Source: Coleofasciculus sp. B1-GNL1-01 | GTDB lineage: Bacteria > Cyanobacteriota > Cyanobacteriia > Cyanobacteriales > Coleofasciculaceae | Length of the DNA: 18,430 nt | NCBI GenBank assembly: GCA_040220235.1 | Contig: JAVJTO010000130.1 | Strand: one strand, 5' to 3' | Shown here: one piece after another, positions 1 through 9,014 of the stretch | Position numbering within the stretch: position 1 is the stretch's first letter | Layout of the letters: each line of letters starts with the position of its first letter | The notes under the pieces: model-generated | The model's database searches: none | What the model was told of the DNA's origin: nothing | Seen by the model: only the letters and a program-made list of their open reading frames with translations | Position numbers and translations under genes: made by a program

Positions 1-799
1 GAATTTCACACATCATCCAGCAACCCAAGGCATGGGTTACTTGGATAATGCCAAATCTTATGGCTTAAAAGTTCACTCAGTATTCTGTACGACTGGTAAT
101 GGCGTGCCTCTGGGTGTATTACATCAACAAGTCTGGGCTAGAGATATGGCACTTTTGGGTAAGAAACACCAACGACACAAAAAGCCGATCACTGACAAAG
201 AGAGCCAGGGTTGGTTAACTGCCGATTATGCTACTCAGACTGTGATTCCACCAGAAATTGCCGTTGTCACTGTGGCAGATCGAGAAGCCGACATCTACGA
301 GTTGTTTATGCAGCCACGCCGCCCCAAGAGTGAGTTTCTCATTCGTGCTCAGCATAACCGCTCAGTCAAACCAACTCAAGAGCACCAACATATTGAGTGT
401 CTTCAGCAAGCCATTCGTCAAGTTCACCCTTGTGGTCAGCTCACCCTAGAACTCAGACGCCATCCAGAACGCCTTGCCCGTCCAGCTCATCTGACCCTGC
501 GTGCTACCACCCTCGAGTTACAACCTCCAGTTACTCATCCACAGCGACAGCACCTGCAACCAATTCGCGTTCAGGTAATTTTGGCACAAGAAGAAAACCC
601 TCCCTCTGGTGTGTCACCGATCAGTTGGTTACTCTTAACCACTCTGGCGATTACTTGTTTTGAGGATGTGGTGCAATGTTTACGTTGGTACAGCTATCGC
701 TGGTTAATTGAGCGCTATCATTACGTCCTCAAAAGTGGTTGTCGCTTAGAACAACTGCAATTGGAGAGTGCTGACCGCATCCCTGCTAGTCCAAAGTAA
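1..799 (+). pseudogene. IS4-family (IS50/Tn5-like) DDE transposase, 5' part outside the window, C-terminally truncated
   Basis: The frame is open from base 2 (NFTHHPATQG-MGYL...). It has the VADREADIYE second-Asp motif, WLLLTTL, and the Y-R-E-K signature YSYRWLIERYHYVLKSG. Similarity stops at LQLESADRI (~781), followed by PASPK*. The usual C-terminal dimerisation region is not seen in any frame. Confidence 0.9.
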
Positions 800-914
800 G
801 CATAGCGCTTTTTCTTGCCATCGACTAAAATAGGGAAATTCCCAAACTAATCACTTAATCATTTAGCTCAATGAATAAACCTTTAACCCCCTAAAAAATA
901 GCTCAATTATCCCG

Positions 915-3900
915 ATGGTAATACATGGTGTCAAAAGCGGAGTGGCAAAGATTTCTAGGAAAGTCAACTTGCAAACAGTTTTTGTCATACCCTTTGTCTT
1001 ACAAATCGTCACCGCTGTTGGACTAACGGGGTGGCTGTCCTTTCGCAACGGACAAGAAGCGGTGAATGAGGTGGCGACTCAACTCCGTCAAGAACTTACG
1101 GCACGTATTGAACAAAATCTACGAACCTATATCGCGACTCCCCATCAAATTAATCAAAGTAATGTTAATGCCATAAATCTAGGCTTATTAACAGTCAACA
1201 ATTTACCGCCATGGCAACGGTATTTATGGCGTCAAGTACAGCTAGAAAAATCAATTGGTATTGTTTTAATTGGCAACGAACAGGGGGAAATTATCGGTGT
1301 GCAACGGCGTGATAATGGCAAGCTGGAGATTCGCGTCGCTGGAGAATCAACGAATAATGACTTTTACGTTTATTCTATAAATAATCAAGGCGATCGCGTT
1401 CAACTTCTCAGCATTACCGAAAACTTTGATCCACGCCAGCGCCCTTGGTATAAAGCCGCCGTAGCCGCCGGAAAACCCGCCTGGAGTGAGATTTATACCC
1501 ACTTTGTTGAAGAAACCCTGCAAATTGGTGCAGCACAACCGATTTATGATCAAAATGGTAATCTCTTGGGTGTGGTAACCAGTATTCTGCGTCTCTCCCA
1601 AGTCGGGGATTTTCTAAGGAGTTTGCACATTGGCAAAACGGGACAAGCGTTTATCATGGAACGATCCGGATTATTAGTCGCCACCTCCACAACGGAAACC
1701 CCATTCCGCAACCAAAACCGCCAACTGAAACGATTTCTGGGTTCTGATAGTCGGAATTCTCTCACCCAAGCAACCGCTGAATATTTAACCAATCACTTTG
1801 GTGACTTACAGCAGATTCAACAGACTCAACAGTTAGAATTTCAACTCGATGGTAAACGGCAATTTGTGCAAGTGTTACCCCTGCAAGATGACTATGGCTT
1901 AGATTGGCTAATTGTCGTGGTGATTCCAGAAGCTGACTTTATGGAACAGATTGAAGCCAATACACGTTCCACTATTCTATTATGTCTGGGAGCATTAGTT
2001 GTCGCGATCGCGGCGGGAATTCTCACGGCTAAATGGGTGATTCAACCGATTATTCGTTTAAATAGGGCGGCGAAAGCGTTAACATTGGGTCAGTGGAATT
2101 ATCAAATTGAAGTTGAACGTGCCAATGAATTGGGAGAACTTGCCCACTCATTCACCACTATGGCGCAGCAATTACAAACCTCCTTTGCTAGTTTAGAAGC
2201 CAAAAATCAAGAATTACAACGCCTCGATAAAATTAAAGATGAATTTTTAGCGAATACCTCTCACGAATTGCGGACTCCCTTAAATGGTATGATTGGCATT
2301 GCTGAGTCCTTAATTGACGGTGCAGCGGGTTCCTTGTCGGAATTACAACAGCAAAATTTAGCTATGATTGTCAGTAGTGGACATCGACTGGCTAACTTAG
2401 TTAACGATATCCTCGACTTTTCCAAACTCCGCTATCAAACACTGGAATTGCAACTCAAACCTGTGGGTGTGCGAGAATTAGTGGAAGTGGTTCTTACCCT
2501 CAGCCAAACCCTAATTCGCGGCAAATCTTTACAACTCATTAATGCCATTCCCCCGGATTTACCCGCCGCCAACGCCGATGAAAATCGCTTACAACAGATT
2601 CTGCATAATTTAATTGGCAATGCGATTAAGTTTACGGATAAAGGCGTGATTGAAGTTTCGGCAAAAGTAGTTACCGCCGCAAAACCGGATGAATTGATAG
2701 AAGCAAAGTCGCAAAAATTCCCCCAACAAATCCTGGCAATTACCGTCTCTGACACAGGTATAGGTATCCCTGAAACTAAACGCGATCGCATCTTTGACTC
2801 CTTTGCCCAAGCAGACGGTTCCACGGCGAGAGAATACGGCGGTACCGGATTGGGGTTAACGATTACTAAAAAGCTAGTCGAGTTGCATGGAGGGAGTATC
2901 TGGGTAGAGTCTCAAGTCGGCGTAGGCTCTCAGTTTCATTTTACCCTACCCCTGGCGGATAAATCCCCAGTTAGTATCAATAAACGTTCCCCAATTAGCC
3001 GTCGGATTAACTCAGAAACGGGCGAATTATCTGTGCTTCCGCTTCCCTCTGATTCAGCCTCTGGCGGACATTCCTTTACCCTCGCCACAGCTAATAAACC
3101 GGGAACCCATCCCTTTAAAATTTTGATTGTCGATGATGAACCTGTCAATTTGCAGGTACTGGTTAACCATTTATCCTTGCAAAATTATGCCATCACCCAA
3201 GCGTCGAATGGTATTGAGGCATTAGCAACCATTGAAAACGGCTTTAAGCCTGATTTAATTTTACTCGATGTGATGATGCCCCGGATGACCGGTTATGAAG
3301 TTTGCCAAAAAATCCGCCAACAGTTTCCGGCTAATGAATTACCCGTCGTCATGCTAACCGCTAAAAATCAGGTGTCGGATTTGGTGATTGGTTTAAATGT
3401 CGGGGCAAATGATTATTTAACCAAACCTATCTCCAAACACGAATTGCTTGCCCGGATTAAAACTCATCTGCAACTGTCTAATATTAACATCGCCTATAGT
3501 CGCTTTGTTCCCCATGAATTTCTGAAACTGCTGAACAAAGAAAGCATTATTGAGGTGCAATTGGGGGATCAAGTGCAAAAATACATGTCTATTCTGTTTT
3601 CGGATATTCGCAATTTCACCACCCTCTCAGAACGGATGACGCCGACGGAGAATTTTCAATTTATCAATTCCTATCTCTCGCGGATGGAACCCGCAATTCG
3701 GGAAAATTACGGCTTTATTGATAAGTATATTGGTGATGGGATTATGGCACTGTTCAATAGTGGTGCTGATGATGCCGTAAAAGCTGGAATTGCGATGTTG
3801 CATCGTTTGATTGAGTATAATCAGCATCGGCAACGTTGTGGCTATCTGCCGATAAAAATTGGGATTGGTATTAATACGGGTTCATTGATGCTGGGAACGG

Positions 3901-4313
3901 TGGGGGGTCCTTGTCGCATGGATGGGACAGTCATTAGTGATACGGTTAATTTAGCCTCGCGCTTAGAAGGATTGACGAAAGAGTATGGGGTTTCGTTGTT
4001 AATTTCCCATCATACTTTTTCTCAATTACAGCATCCAGCGGATTATGCCATTCGCCGGATTGATCAGGTTCAAGTTAAGGGAAAATCAGAATTAGTGACG
4101 GTTTATGAAGTATTTGATGCTGATCTGTCAGAGGAGAAAGCGAGTAAGTTGGCGACGTTGCAACTGTTTACTGAGGCATTGTTTTATTATGATCAGCACT
4201 ATTTTTCAGACGCTGTTCAACTCTTTCAGGCGGTGTTGCAGATTAACCCTACTGATCAAGTTGCCCAAATTTATTTGGAACGTTGTTTGAGAAAGAATTC
4301 GGTAGAGTTTTGA
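915..4313 (+). CDS. Membrane hybrid sensor histidine kinase / adenylate cyclase (TM-dCache-TM-HAMP-HisKA-HATPase_c-REC-class III cyclase)
   Basis: Two TM segments flank a Cache domain (FDPRQRPWY). HAMP: ANELGELAHSF. H-box: ANTSHELRTPLNG. N/G boxes: NLIGNAIKFT, DTGIGI, GGTGLGL. REC: ILIVDDE, LLDVMMP, TAK. Cyclase: LFSDIRNFT, DKYIGDGIM, GTVISDTVNLASRLEG. Confidence 0.95.
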   Translation: MVIHGVKSGVAKISRKVNLQTVFVIPFVLQIVTAVGLTGWLSFRNGQEAVNEVATQLRQELTARIEQNLRTYIATPHQINQSNVNAINLGLLTVNNLPPWQRYLWRQVQLEKSIGIVLIGNEQGEIIGVQRRDNGKLEIRVAGESTNNDFYVYSINNQGDRVQLLSITENFDPRQRPWYKAAVAAGKPAWSEIYTHFVEETLQIGAAQPIYDQNGNLLGVVTSILRLSQVGDFLRSLHIGKTGQAFIMERSGLLVATSTTETPFRNQNRQLKRFLGSDSRNSLTQATAEYLTNHFGDLQQIQQTQQLEFQLDGKRQFVQVLPLQDDYGLDWLIVVVIPEADFMEQIEANTRSTILLCLGALVVAIAAGILTAKWVIQPIIRLNRAAKALTLGQWNYQIEVERANELGELAHSFTTMAQQLQTSFASLEAKNQELQRLDKIKDEFLANTSHELRTPLNGMIGIAESLIDGAAGSLSELQQQNLAMIVSSGHRLANLVNDILDFSKLRYQTLELQLKPVGVRELVEVVLTLSQTLIRGKSLQLINAIPPDLPAANADENRLQQILHNLIGNAIKFTDKGVIEVSAKVVTAAKPDELIEAKSQKFPQQILAITVSDTGIGIPETKRDRIFDSFAQADGSTAREYGGTGLGLTITKKLVELHGGSIWVESQVGVGSQFHFTLPLADKSPVSINKRSPISRRINSETGELSVLPLPSDSASGGHSFTLATANKPGTHPFKILIVDDEPVNLQVLVNHLSLQNYAITQASNGIEALATIENGFKPDLILLDVMMPRMTGYEVCQKIRQQFPANELPVVMLTAKNQVSDLVIGLNVGANDYLTKPISKHELLARIKTHLQLSNINIAYSRFVPHEFLKLLNKESIIEVQLGDQVQKYMSILFSDIRNFTTLSERMTPTENFQFINSYLSRMEPAIRENYGFIDKYIGDGIMALFNSGADDAVKAGIAMLHRLIEYNQHRQRCGYLPIKIGIGINTGSLMLGTVGGPCRMDGTVISDTVNLASRLEGLTKEYGVSLLISHHTFSQLQHPADYAIRRIDQVQVKGKSELVTVYEVFDADLSEEKASKLATLQLFTEALFYYDQHYFSDAVQLFQAVLQINPTDQVAQIYLERCLRKNSVEF

Positions 4314-4390
4314 GGTGGAGATATTAAGTTTTAATCTAGGGGCGTGGTACACCTAATTTGATGAATTATTACGCCCGGAAACCTTAGGAA

Positions 4391-4468
4391 CGCAAAGCTT
4401 TGCGCCCTTGGCAATGTACCTATTTTCAACGCAGAGGACGCAGAGGGTAGCGCAGAGGGGCGCAGAGG
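4391..4468. repeat. Intergenic short repeats: palindrome CGCAAAGCTTTGCG plus 4x CGCAGAGG
   Basis: Perfect 14-bp palindrome at 4391-4404. CGCAGAGG occurs at 4430, 4439, 4451 and 4461, between convergent genes. Confidence 0.7.
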
Positions 4469-4687
4469 TTGCTTGCAATGTTTCGGTTTTTGCTGTGTTC
4501 CGGTTCCTCTGAGGGAAACAATAAGGGGGCAATCCAACCGAATAGAATCCCGCCAATGACGATAATTTCTATAACAGTTAATAGCGTATTTTGTTTCATA
4601 TTGTGTTACTCGAAATAGTTATCATTTTCTTCTACCTTGCCACTTTACTCTTTCCCTTCTGCCCTCTGCCTTTTCGGGATTATGATA

Positions 4688-5293
4688 TCATCTATCCTCG
4701 CGCCGCCCGAATGAACGCAGTGTCTGAATCCACTTTTTAGGGGAATCCTCTGGACGATAGTTTAGCTTAAACATAGATACCCATAATGGCAGTCCTCCTA
4801 CCTTTGCACTGATTAACAAGTGCATCGCTAAACATCCAACTAATATCACCCATCCGGTTAAGTGTAGATAATACCAGATATGATTTAATTCCCCATTGGG
4901 CAACCATTCTTCTTTGACCATACTGCCAGTCACTAAGGAAAAGGTAACTGCTAATAACATCACCGTATTAACAATCCGATGCAGACTATACCAACCGATA
5001 GGTTTACCCAGTTGCCTGAGTTTTTGAAACGAATTGGGTTGAACTAGGCGTTTAGACCCTAAATGAAAACTGTATAAAGCAAACGCTGGCATTACGGCTA
5101 GGAGTAAGGTTTTGCCAAATGTACCATGAATGCCAATAATATCCGGAATTTGGGGCAGAGAGAGTTGACCAAATCGTCCATCGTAGGTGTCATAAACCCA
5201 GTAGGATGTGATGATGGCTAAAATGGCAATTAGCCCATTGATACCATGCAACAGTCTCAGAAGTAATGGTTGATAAGGGGTAGCACGAGACAT
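4688..5293 (-). CDS. Cytochrome b/b6-domain (Ni-hydrogenase cytochrome b-like) membrane protein
   Basis: Four hydrophobic helices with spaced His residues that are candidate haem ligands (RLLHG, GIHGT, SLHRI, YLHLT, AMHLL); N-terminal PYQPLLLRLLH. Confidence 0.8.
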   Translation of the reverse strand: MSRATPYQPLLLRLLHGINGLIAILAIITSYWVYDTYDGRFGQLSLPQIPDIIGIHGTFGKTLLLAVMPAFALYSFHLGSKRLVQPNSFQKLRQLGKPIGWYSLHRIVNTVMLLAVTFSLVTGSMVKEEWLPNGELNHIWYYLHLTGWVILVGCLAMHLLISAKVGGLPLWVSMFKLNYRPEDSPKKWIQTLRSFGRREDR

Positions 5294-5321
5294 GATTCAC
5301 GTTATCTCGATCAAAATATAG

Positions 5322-5335
5322 TATTCTATAGAATA
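5322..5335. promoter_or_regulatory. Perfect 14-bp palindrome TATTCTATAGAATA, candidate operator in a divergent promoter region
   Basis: Self-complementary and 29 bp upstream of the 5293 start. It is AT-rich, so chance occurrence is possible. Confidence 0.3.
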
Positions 5336-5487
5336 ACAAAGATTAATCATTCTCCATTGATTTAAAGCCCACGGAAAAGCTGGTCATGTCACTTGGCTAC
5401 TGAGTTACCCAAATGAGCGAACGGTGAGATGTTCAACCTAACTGCCATAATTGTTTATAGGAAAAGCACACCTCAAGGAGGCTGGCG

Positions 5488-6078
5488 ATGAAGAAAAGTA
5501 AACTGGGGTCATTTCTATTCATTAGCATGATACTGGGGTTGACAGCCAATCCCGCTCAGGCGTTACCCGGTCAAACCGTGGAAACCGTCGCGGCTTGGAT
5601 TGCGGCTCATCCTACCTTGGAACCCGGTATTGGAGATGGCTTAGTCGTGACTAAGCGTAATACAGCCGCTCAACGATTTAAGTTTGAAGCCTCGGTGCTT
5701 CCTCCAGGTCAAATCGCCTTTCCCACGAATCGCCGTCTGATTCAAAGTGAGCAAATTTCCTTCTATGACATGATTAACGGCGTGACTCCAGAACGACTCA
5801 CGGAGTCATTGCGCGTTATTTATGGTCCAGCAATTTATCAAGATTATCAGAGAGCTAACCTGGTATATGCTTATCCCACACCCGCAACCATTGATTTAGC
5901 TCGGCGACAGAATCGACCGATGCTAATAGCACGACAAGGCGAGCTTTTATTAGGTGATCGCTTTGCCTATTGGTTAGAAGTAACTCGCACGGAGAATGGC
6001 AAGCCAATTAATGGGCGGATAACGGTTTTCTTGCCCGAAGATTTAGACAAACTTGAAGTTGAATTACGAAATCGTTAG
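5488..6078 (+). CDS. Conserved cyanobacterial hypothetical exported protein
   Basis: Strong RBS AAGGAGG at 5475-5481. Sec-type signal peptide (MKKSK, hydrophobic core, PAQA/LPGQ). 196-aa ORF. Confidence 0.85.
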   Translation: MKKSKLGSFLFISMILGLTANPAQALPGQTVETVAAWIAAHPTLEPGIGDGLVVTKRNTAAQRFKFEASVLPPGQIAFPTNRRLIQSEQISFYDMINGVTPERLTESLRVIYGPAIYQDYQRANLVYAYPTPATIDLARRQNRPMLIARQGELLLGDRFAYWLEVTRTENGKPINGRITVFLPEDLDKLEVELRNR

Positions 6079-6110
6079 TCATTGGTCATTGGTCATTGGT
6101 CATTGGTCAT
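6078..6110. repeat. STRR2-type heptamer tandem repeat (GTCATTG) x4.7
   Basis: gtcattg x4 plus gtcat, starting at the stop codon of the upstream gene; matches the TTGGTCA STRR class. Confidence 0.85.
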
Positions 6111-6161
6111 GTCCGTAGTTATTTGGAAAGGAGTCTTAGTCTTTTCCCCTCCTACCTCCTG

Positions 6162-6512
6162 TCATTTGTCATTCATTTGCCAAATACCTGAAAAAATACT
6201 CTCAACAGCACGAGCAATGCGCTTGAGATCTTCATCGAGCAGGGGGGGCCAATTCACACTAGCCCGACGCCCTGCTTCAAACTGTTCTCGGCTCTCATAA
6301 GCCAATAAATATAAGGCGTGAACAAGTTCTCGGTCTAGAGTTGATGCATCTCGCAGACGCTCAAATATCATCTTTAGGGCTAATAAAATATTGGTAATCT
6401 GACCTGGAATCGGTGGTTTGTACGACTTGAGTCGAACCAAAAAGGCGTCTTGATTTTGGTCAGATATTGTGGCTTGATTAATCACAAAGTTACGGGCTGT
6501 TTTGTAATCCAT
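6162..6512 (-). CDS. Small conserved cyanobacterial helical hypothetical protein (family I recall is often labelled 'dethiobiotin synthetase'; no P-loop present)
   Basis: 116-aa ORF with MDYKTARNF...PPIPGQITNILLALK...LDRELVHALYLLAYESR...WPPLLDEDL. It lacks the BioD GTDTxVGKT motif. Confidence 0.8.
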   Translation of the reverse strand: MDYKTARNFVINQATISDQNQDAFLVRLKSYKPPIPGQITNILLALKMIFERLRDASTLDRELVHALYLLAYESREQFEAGRRASVNWPPLLDEDLKRIARAVESIFSGIWQMNDK

Positions 6513-6565
6513 TGAATTTTAATAGACGAGTTGGCGCTGATAATTTTGTCTGAATGCTACTATCG

Positions 6566-6707
6566 CTAAATCCGGATTAACTATTCTCTTTGTGCGGGGG
6601 ACAAGGTAGAAGGTAGAAGGTAGATGGTAGATGGTAGATGGTAGATGGCAGATGGCTGCAAGAAAAAAGTACCCACGTTATAAAGGGAGTTACTTAAGCG
6701 GATTTAG
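6566..6707. mobile_element. MITE-like element: imperfect terminal inverted repeats enclosing a (A/T)GGTAGA heptamer array
   Basis: Left end CTAAATCCGGATTAACTA (6566-6583). Right end 6691-6707 reverse-complements to CTAAATCCGCTTAAGTA. Seven heptamers lie at 6604-6652. Confidence 0.55.
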
Positions 6708-7107
6708 TATCATACCATTTCTTTGTAACATTACACCTCATATTCATCCCTACCTACTTCACTGACTCAGGTGGAAGGCTGACACTACCTCTGCTTTCTG
6801 TTCTCCATTCCTTGTTTTCTGTTGCCTAATCTCCACCATTAAATTCAATTTTTAAGCTTATAAGTGCGACAGGTTGATGTCCTAAATATCTGGATTTTAT
6901 TCTCTATCCATAGTTGCTTCGGTTCGATTCCCTTAGTCATCAAATTTATAGAATTTATTATTTCTTCCAATTTTATGCGGATTTGGCATTGAACTGTCTG
7001 AAGCAAGTATTACACGACTTACGAATTTGAGATCTTTTTTGTAGAGACTAACCTTTAACTCTGCTTAAAGAAGCAAAAACGTCAGTCTTGATGTATAAGC
7101 GCGGCAA

Positions 7108-7287
7108 ATGACATCTACAATGCACATTTATAGTTGGGTTTTGTTCGCTAGTCTATCCCTATCTGAACCAGGAAGACTTGATTCCTCTTTTCTGGTAGAT
7201 CAGCAAAGGTTAGTGCTAGCTTCAACAGAACAAAGTCCGCCCCCTGGTTGTAATCGAACTGATCCTCCTGACTGTCAACCTCGATAG
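7108..7287 (+). CDS. Putative 59-aa small protein with hydrophobic N-terminal segment and C-terminal Pro-rich two-Cys tail
   Basis: Hand translation: MTSTMHIYSWVLFASLSLSEPGRLDSSFLVDQQRLVLASTEQSPPPGCNRTDPPDCQPR, ending in a double stop TAG TAG. It is just under the 60-aa ORF-track cut-off and fills an otherwise empty ~880-bp gap. No obvious RBS. Confidence 0.55.
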   Translation: MTSTMHIYSWVLFASLSLSEPGRLDSSFLVDQQRLVLASTEQSPPPGCNRTDPPDCQPR

Positions 7288-7394
7288 TAGACTGCTTTGA
7301 AACTAAAGCCAGTTTAAAATACTTCGTGGCAACCTCCTGTTTATAGTCGGGTTATTTATGTTTAAGGACAAATAATCAACGACCAATGAAAACG

Positions 7395-8831
7395 TTACCC
7401 AACAGATTTCCACCTGCCATGAAAACTCAACGCAATGACCTGTGGTAATTGCAGCCGACAGACGGGTTCTTGATCAAGAGCATCGCTGTCATAGATCCAT
7501 ACTTCACTTTGGTCAGAATTTCCATCATAAACGACGGTTAAGACCCACCCCTGTTCTGGATTTAGCGTGTCAGGTGCATAAATGGGTTCTGAAGGATAGC
7601 GATTCTTGCCCAAATCGGCTTCGATTAGGGTTTGGGTTTGACAATCAAAGCGGGCGATCGCACTATAAATTTCGCGACGGTGATCCATATCTTGGCGATG
7701 CAGTGCTAGATAAATAGAACGAGAGGTTTGACCCACTTGCGCGTCTGGAACTACTGGAAACTCGACGTATCGATCTAGCAATTCCCGTTCGGCGATAATC
7801 ATCCCAGTTTGGGGATTGATCTCAACTTGCCATAATGTCTCGTTGGTAACGGTATGAATCTCACCCATGGCGATGTCTTGGAGACGTTGGTTTGTGCCAA
7901 AATCCGGATATCGAATAAATTCGACCACGATAGAACCCTGCTGATTCACATAGCCATTGGCAAAATGCCACTGAAACCAAGGATCGGCTTCGCTACGGGC
8001 GACTAATGAAAGCGTTTCTCGGTCAACGATTAAAATTTGGGTTCCTAATTGGGGACGCCATTCCATCGCCTCGCCAAAACTACTCACCCCCAAGGCGGCG
8101 GGTAGGAGATTCACTCGTACAGGGGGTACGAAAAAGACAAGATAAGAGCCTGCGAGGACAAAATCATGAATTAGGGGTATGCCTTTGATAGGTATCGTTC
8201 CTTTTTGGATAATTTTGCCCGTTGAGTCGCTTTTGTAGAGATTTAGATTGGAATTAAGTCCGAGGCTGATGCCAAAGTTAAATATCTCCCCCGTTTCTGG
8301 ATCACACTTGGGATGGGCTGAAAACGAGTCTCCCTCGCCTAAATAGTCTAAGCGATCGCGCCCCCAGGTTTCTAAGGTTTGCAGGTCAAGTGCATAAGGA
8401 TTCCCGCCTTCCCACAGGGCTAGTAATTTATCCGGTAGGGGTAATACAGAGGTATTTGCCCTGTTTTTCACGGGTTTACCCCACCGTTCCCAGATTCGCC
8501 CTGCGGCTTTGGTGCCGTAGTTGGGATAAAGTAATGTCCCGGCGGCGGCTTCGTCTTGATAGGCGGGGGTTTGCACGTAGCGATAGACCCCAGTCGCTGT
8601 AGCATCGGTGAAATGAACCGCTAAAATAGCGCCATCCCCATCAAACCAATGTCCCATCCGTTGACCTCCTCGTTCTAAACGGGCTGGTCCATTGCGATAC
8701 AGAGAACCTCGTAATCTTTGGGGGATTCTACCTGAGAGAATGGGTAAGGGGGTGAGGGGAAATTCAGTGGCAGGTTGAGCGATCGCGTTTGCCCAAGCTT
8801 TACGGGTTGATGGTGGGGTAACTGTTTGCAT
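7395..8831 (-). CDS. Carotenoid cleavage (di)oxygenase, RPE65/CCD family
   Basis: LRGSLYRNGP and HWFDGDG motifs; four Fe-ligand His motifs (FSAHPK, LIHDF, QWHFAN, SFHG); EPIYAP. Confidence 0.95.
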   Translation of the reverse strand: MQTVTPPSTRKAWANAIAQPATEFPLTPLPILSGRIPQRLRGSLYRNGPARLERGGQRMGHWFDGDGAILAVHFTDATATGVYRYVQTPAYQDEAAAGTLLYPNYGTKAAGRIWERWGKPVKNRANTSVLPLPDKLLALWEGGNPYALDLQTLETWGRDRLDYLGEGDSFSAHPKCDPETGEIFNFGISLGLNSNLNLYKSDSTGKIIQKGTIPIKGIPLIHDFVLAGSYLVFFVPPVRVNLLPAALGVSSFGEAMEWRPQLGTQILIVDRETLSLVARSEADPWFQWHFANGYVNQQGSIVVEFIRYPDFGTNQRLQDIAMGEIHTVTNETLWQVEINPQTGMIIAERELLDRYVEFPVVPDAQVGQTSRSIYLALHRQDMDHRREIYSAIARFDCQTQTLIEADLGKNRYPSEPIYAPDTLNPEQGWVLTVVYDGNSDQSEVWIYDSDALDQEPVCRLQLPQVIALSFHGRWKSVG

Positions 8832-8972
8832 GGTTCCCGATTCAGGGTGACTATTTCTTCTATCTTAGTTAATTTTTGTAACAAAATGAGCGCTAGGTTT
8901 TTATCATTTTTTCCCTGAAACCCTTTTATAGATTTGGTTTCAGCACTATTTATTGGCTTTCGCTTACAAAAT

Positions 8973-8990
8973 AGGGGGTTACACCCCTCA
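8973..8990. promoter_or_regulatory. HetR-box-like palindrome AGGGGGTTACACCCCTCA (GGG-N5-CCC)
   Basis: GGGG-TTACA-CCCC inverted repeat. It matches the hetP HetR site as I recall it (GAGGGGTCTAACCCCTC) at 12/17 positions and is centred ~35 bp upstream of the putative sRNA start. Confidence 0.45.
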
Positions 8991-8999
8991 TCCCTAAAG

Positions 9000-9008
9000 T
9001 GCTATAGT
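9000..9008 (+). promoter_or_regulatory. Extended -10 element TG-C-TATAGT
   Basis: TG at 9000-9001 and TATAGT at 9003-9008, 6-7 nt before the GTAGATGCACCCTGA motif. Confidence 0.55.
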
Positions 9009-9014
9009 TTGATA

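Noticed and set aside
4331..4556. Two short - strand ORFs, and 6082-6300 on the + strand
   Set aside because: Derived from CGCAGAGG and GTCATTG repeats or antisense overlap; no coding signals.
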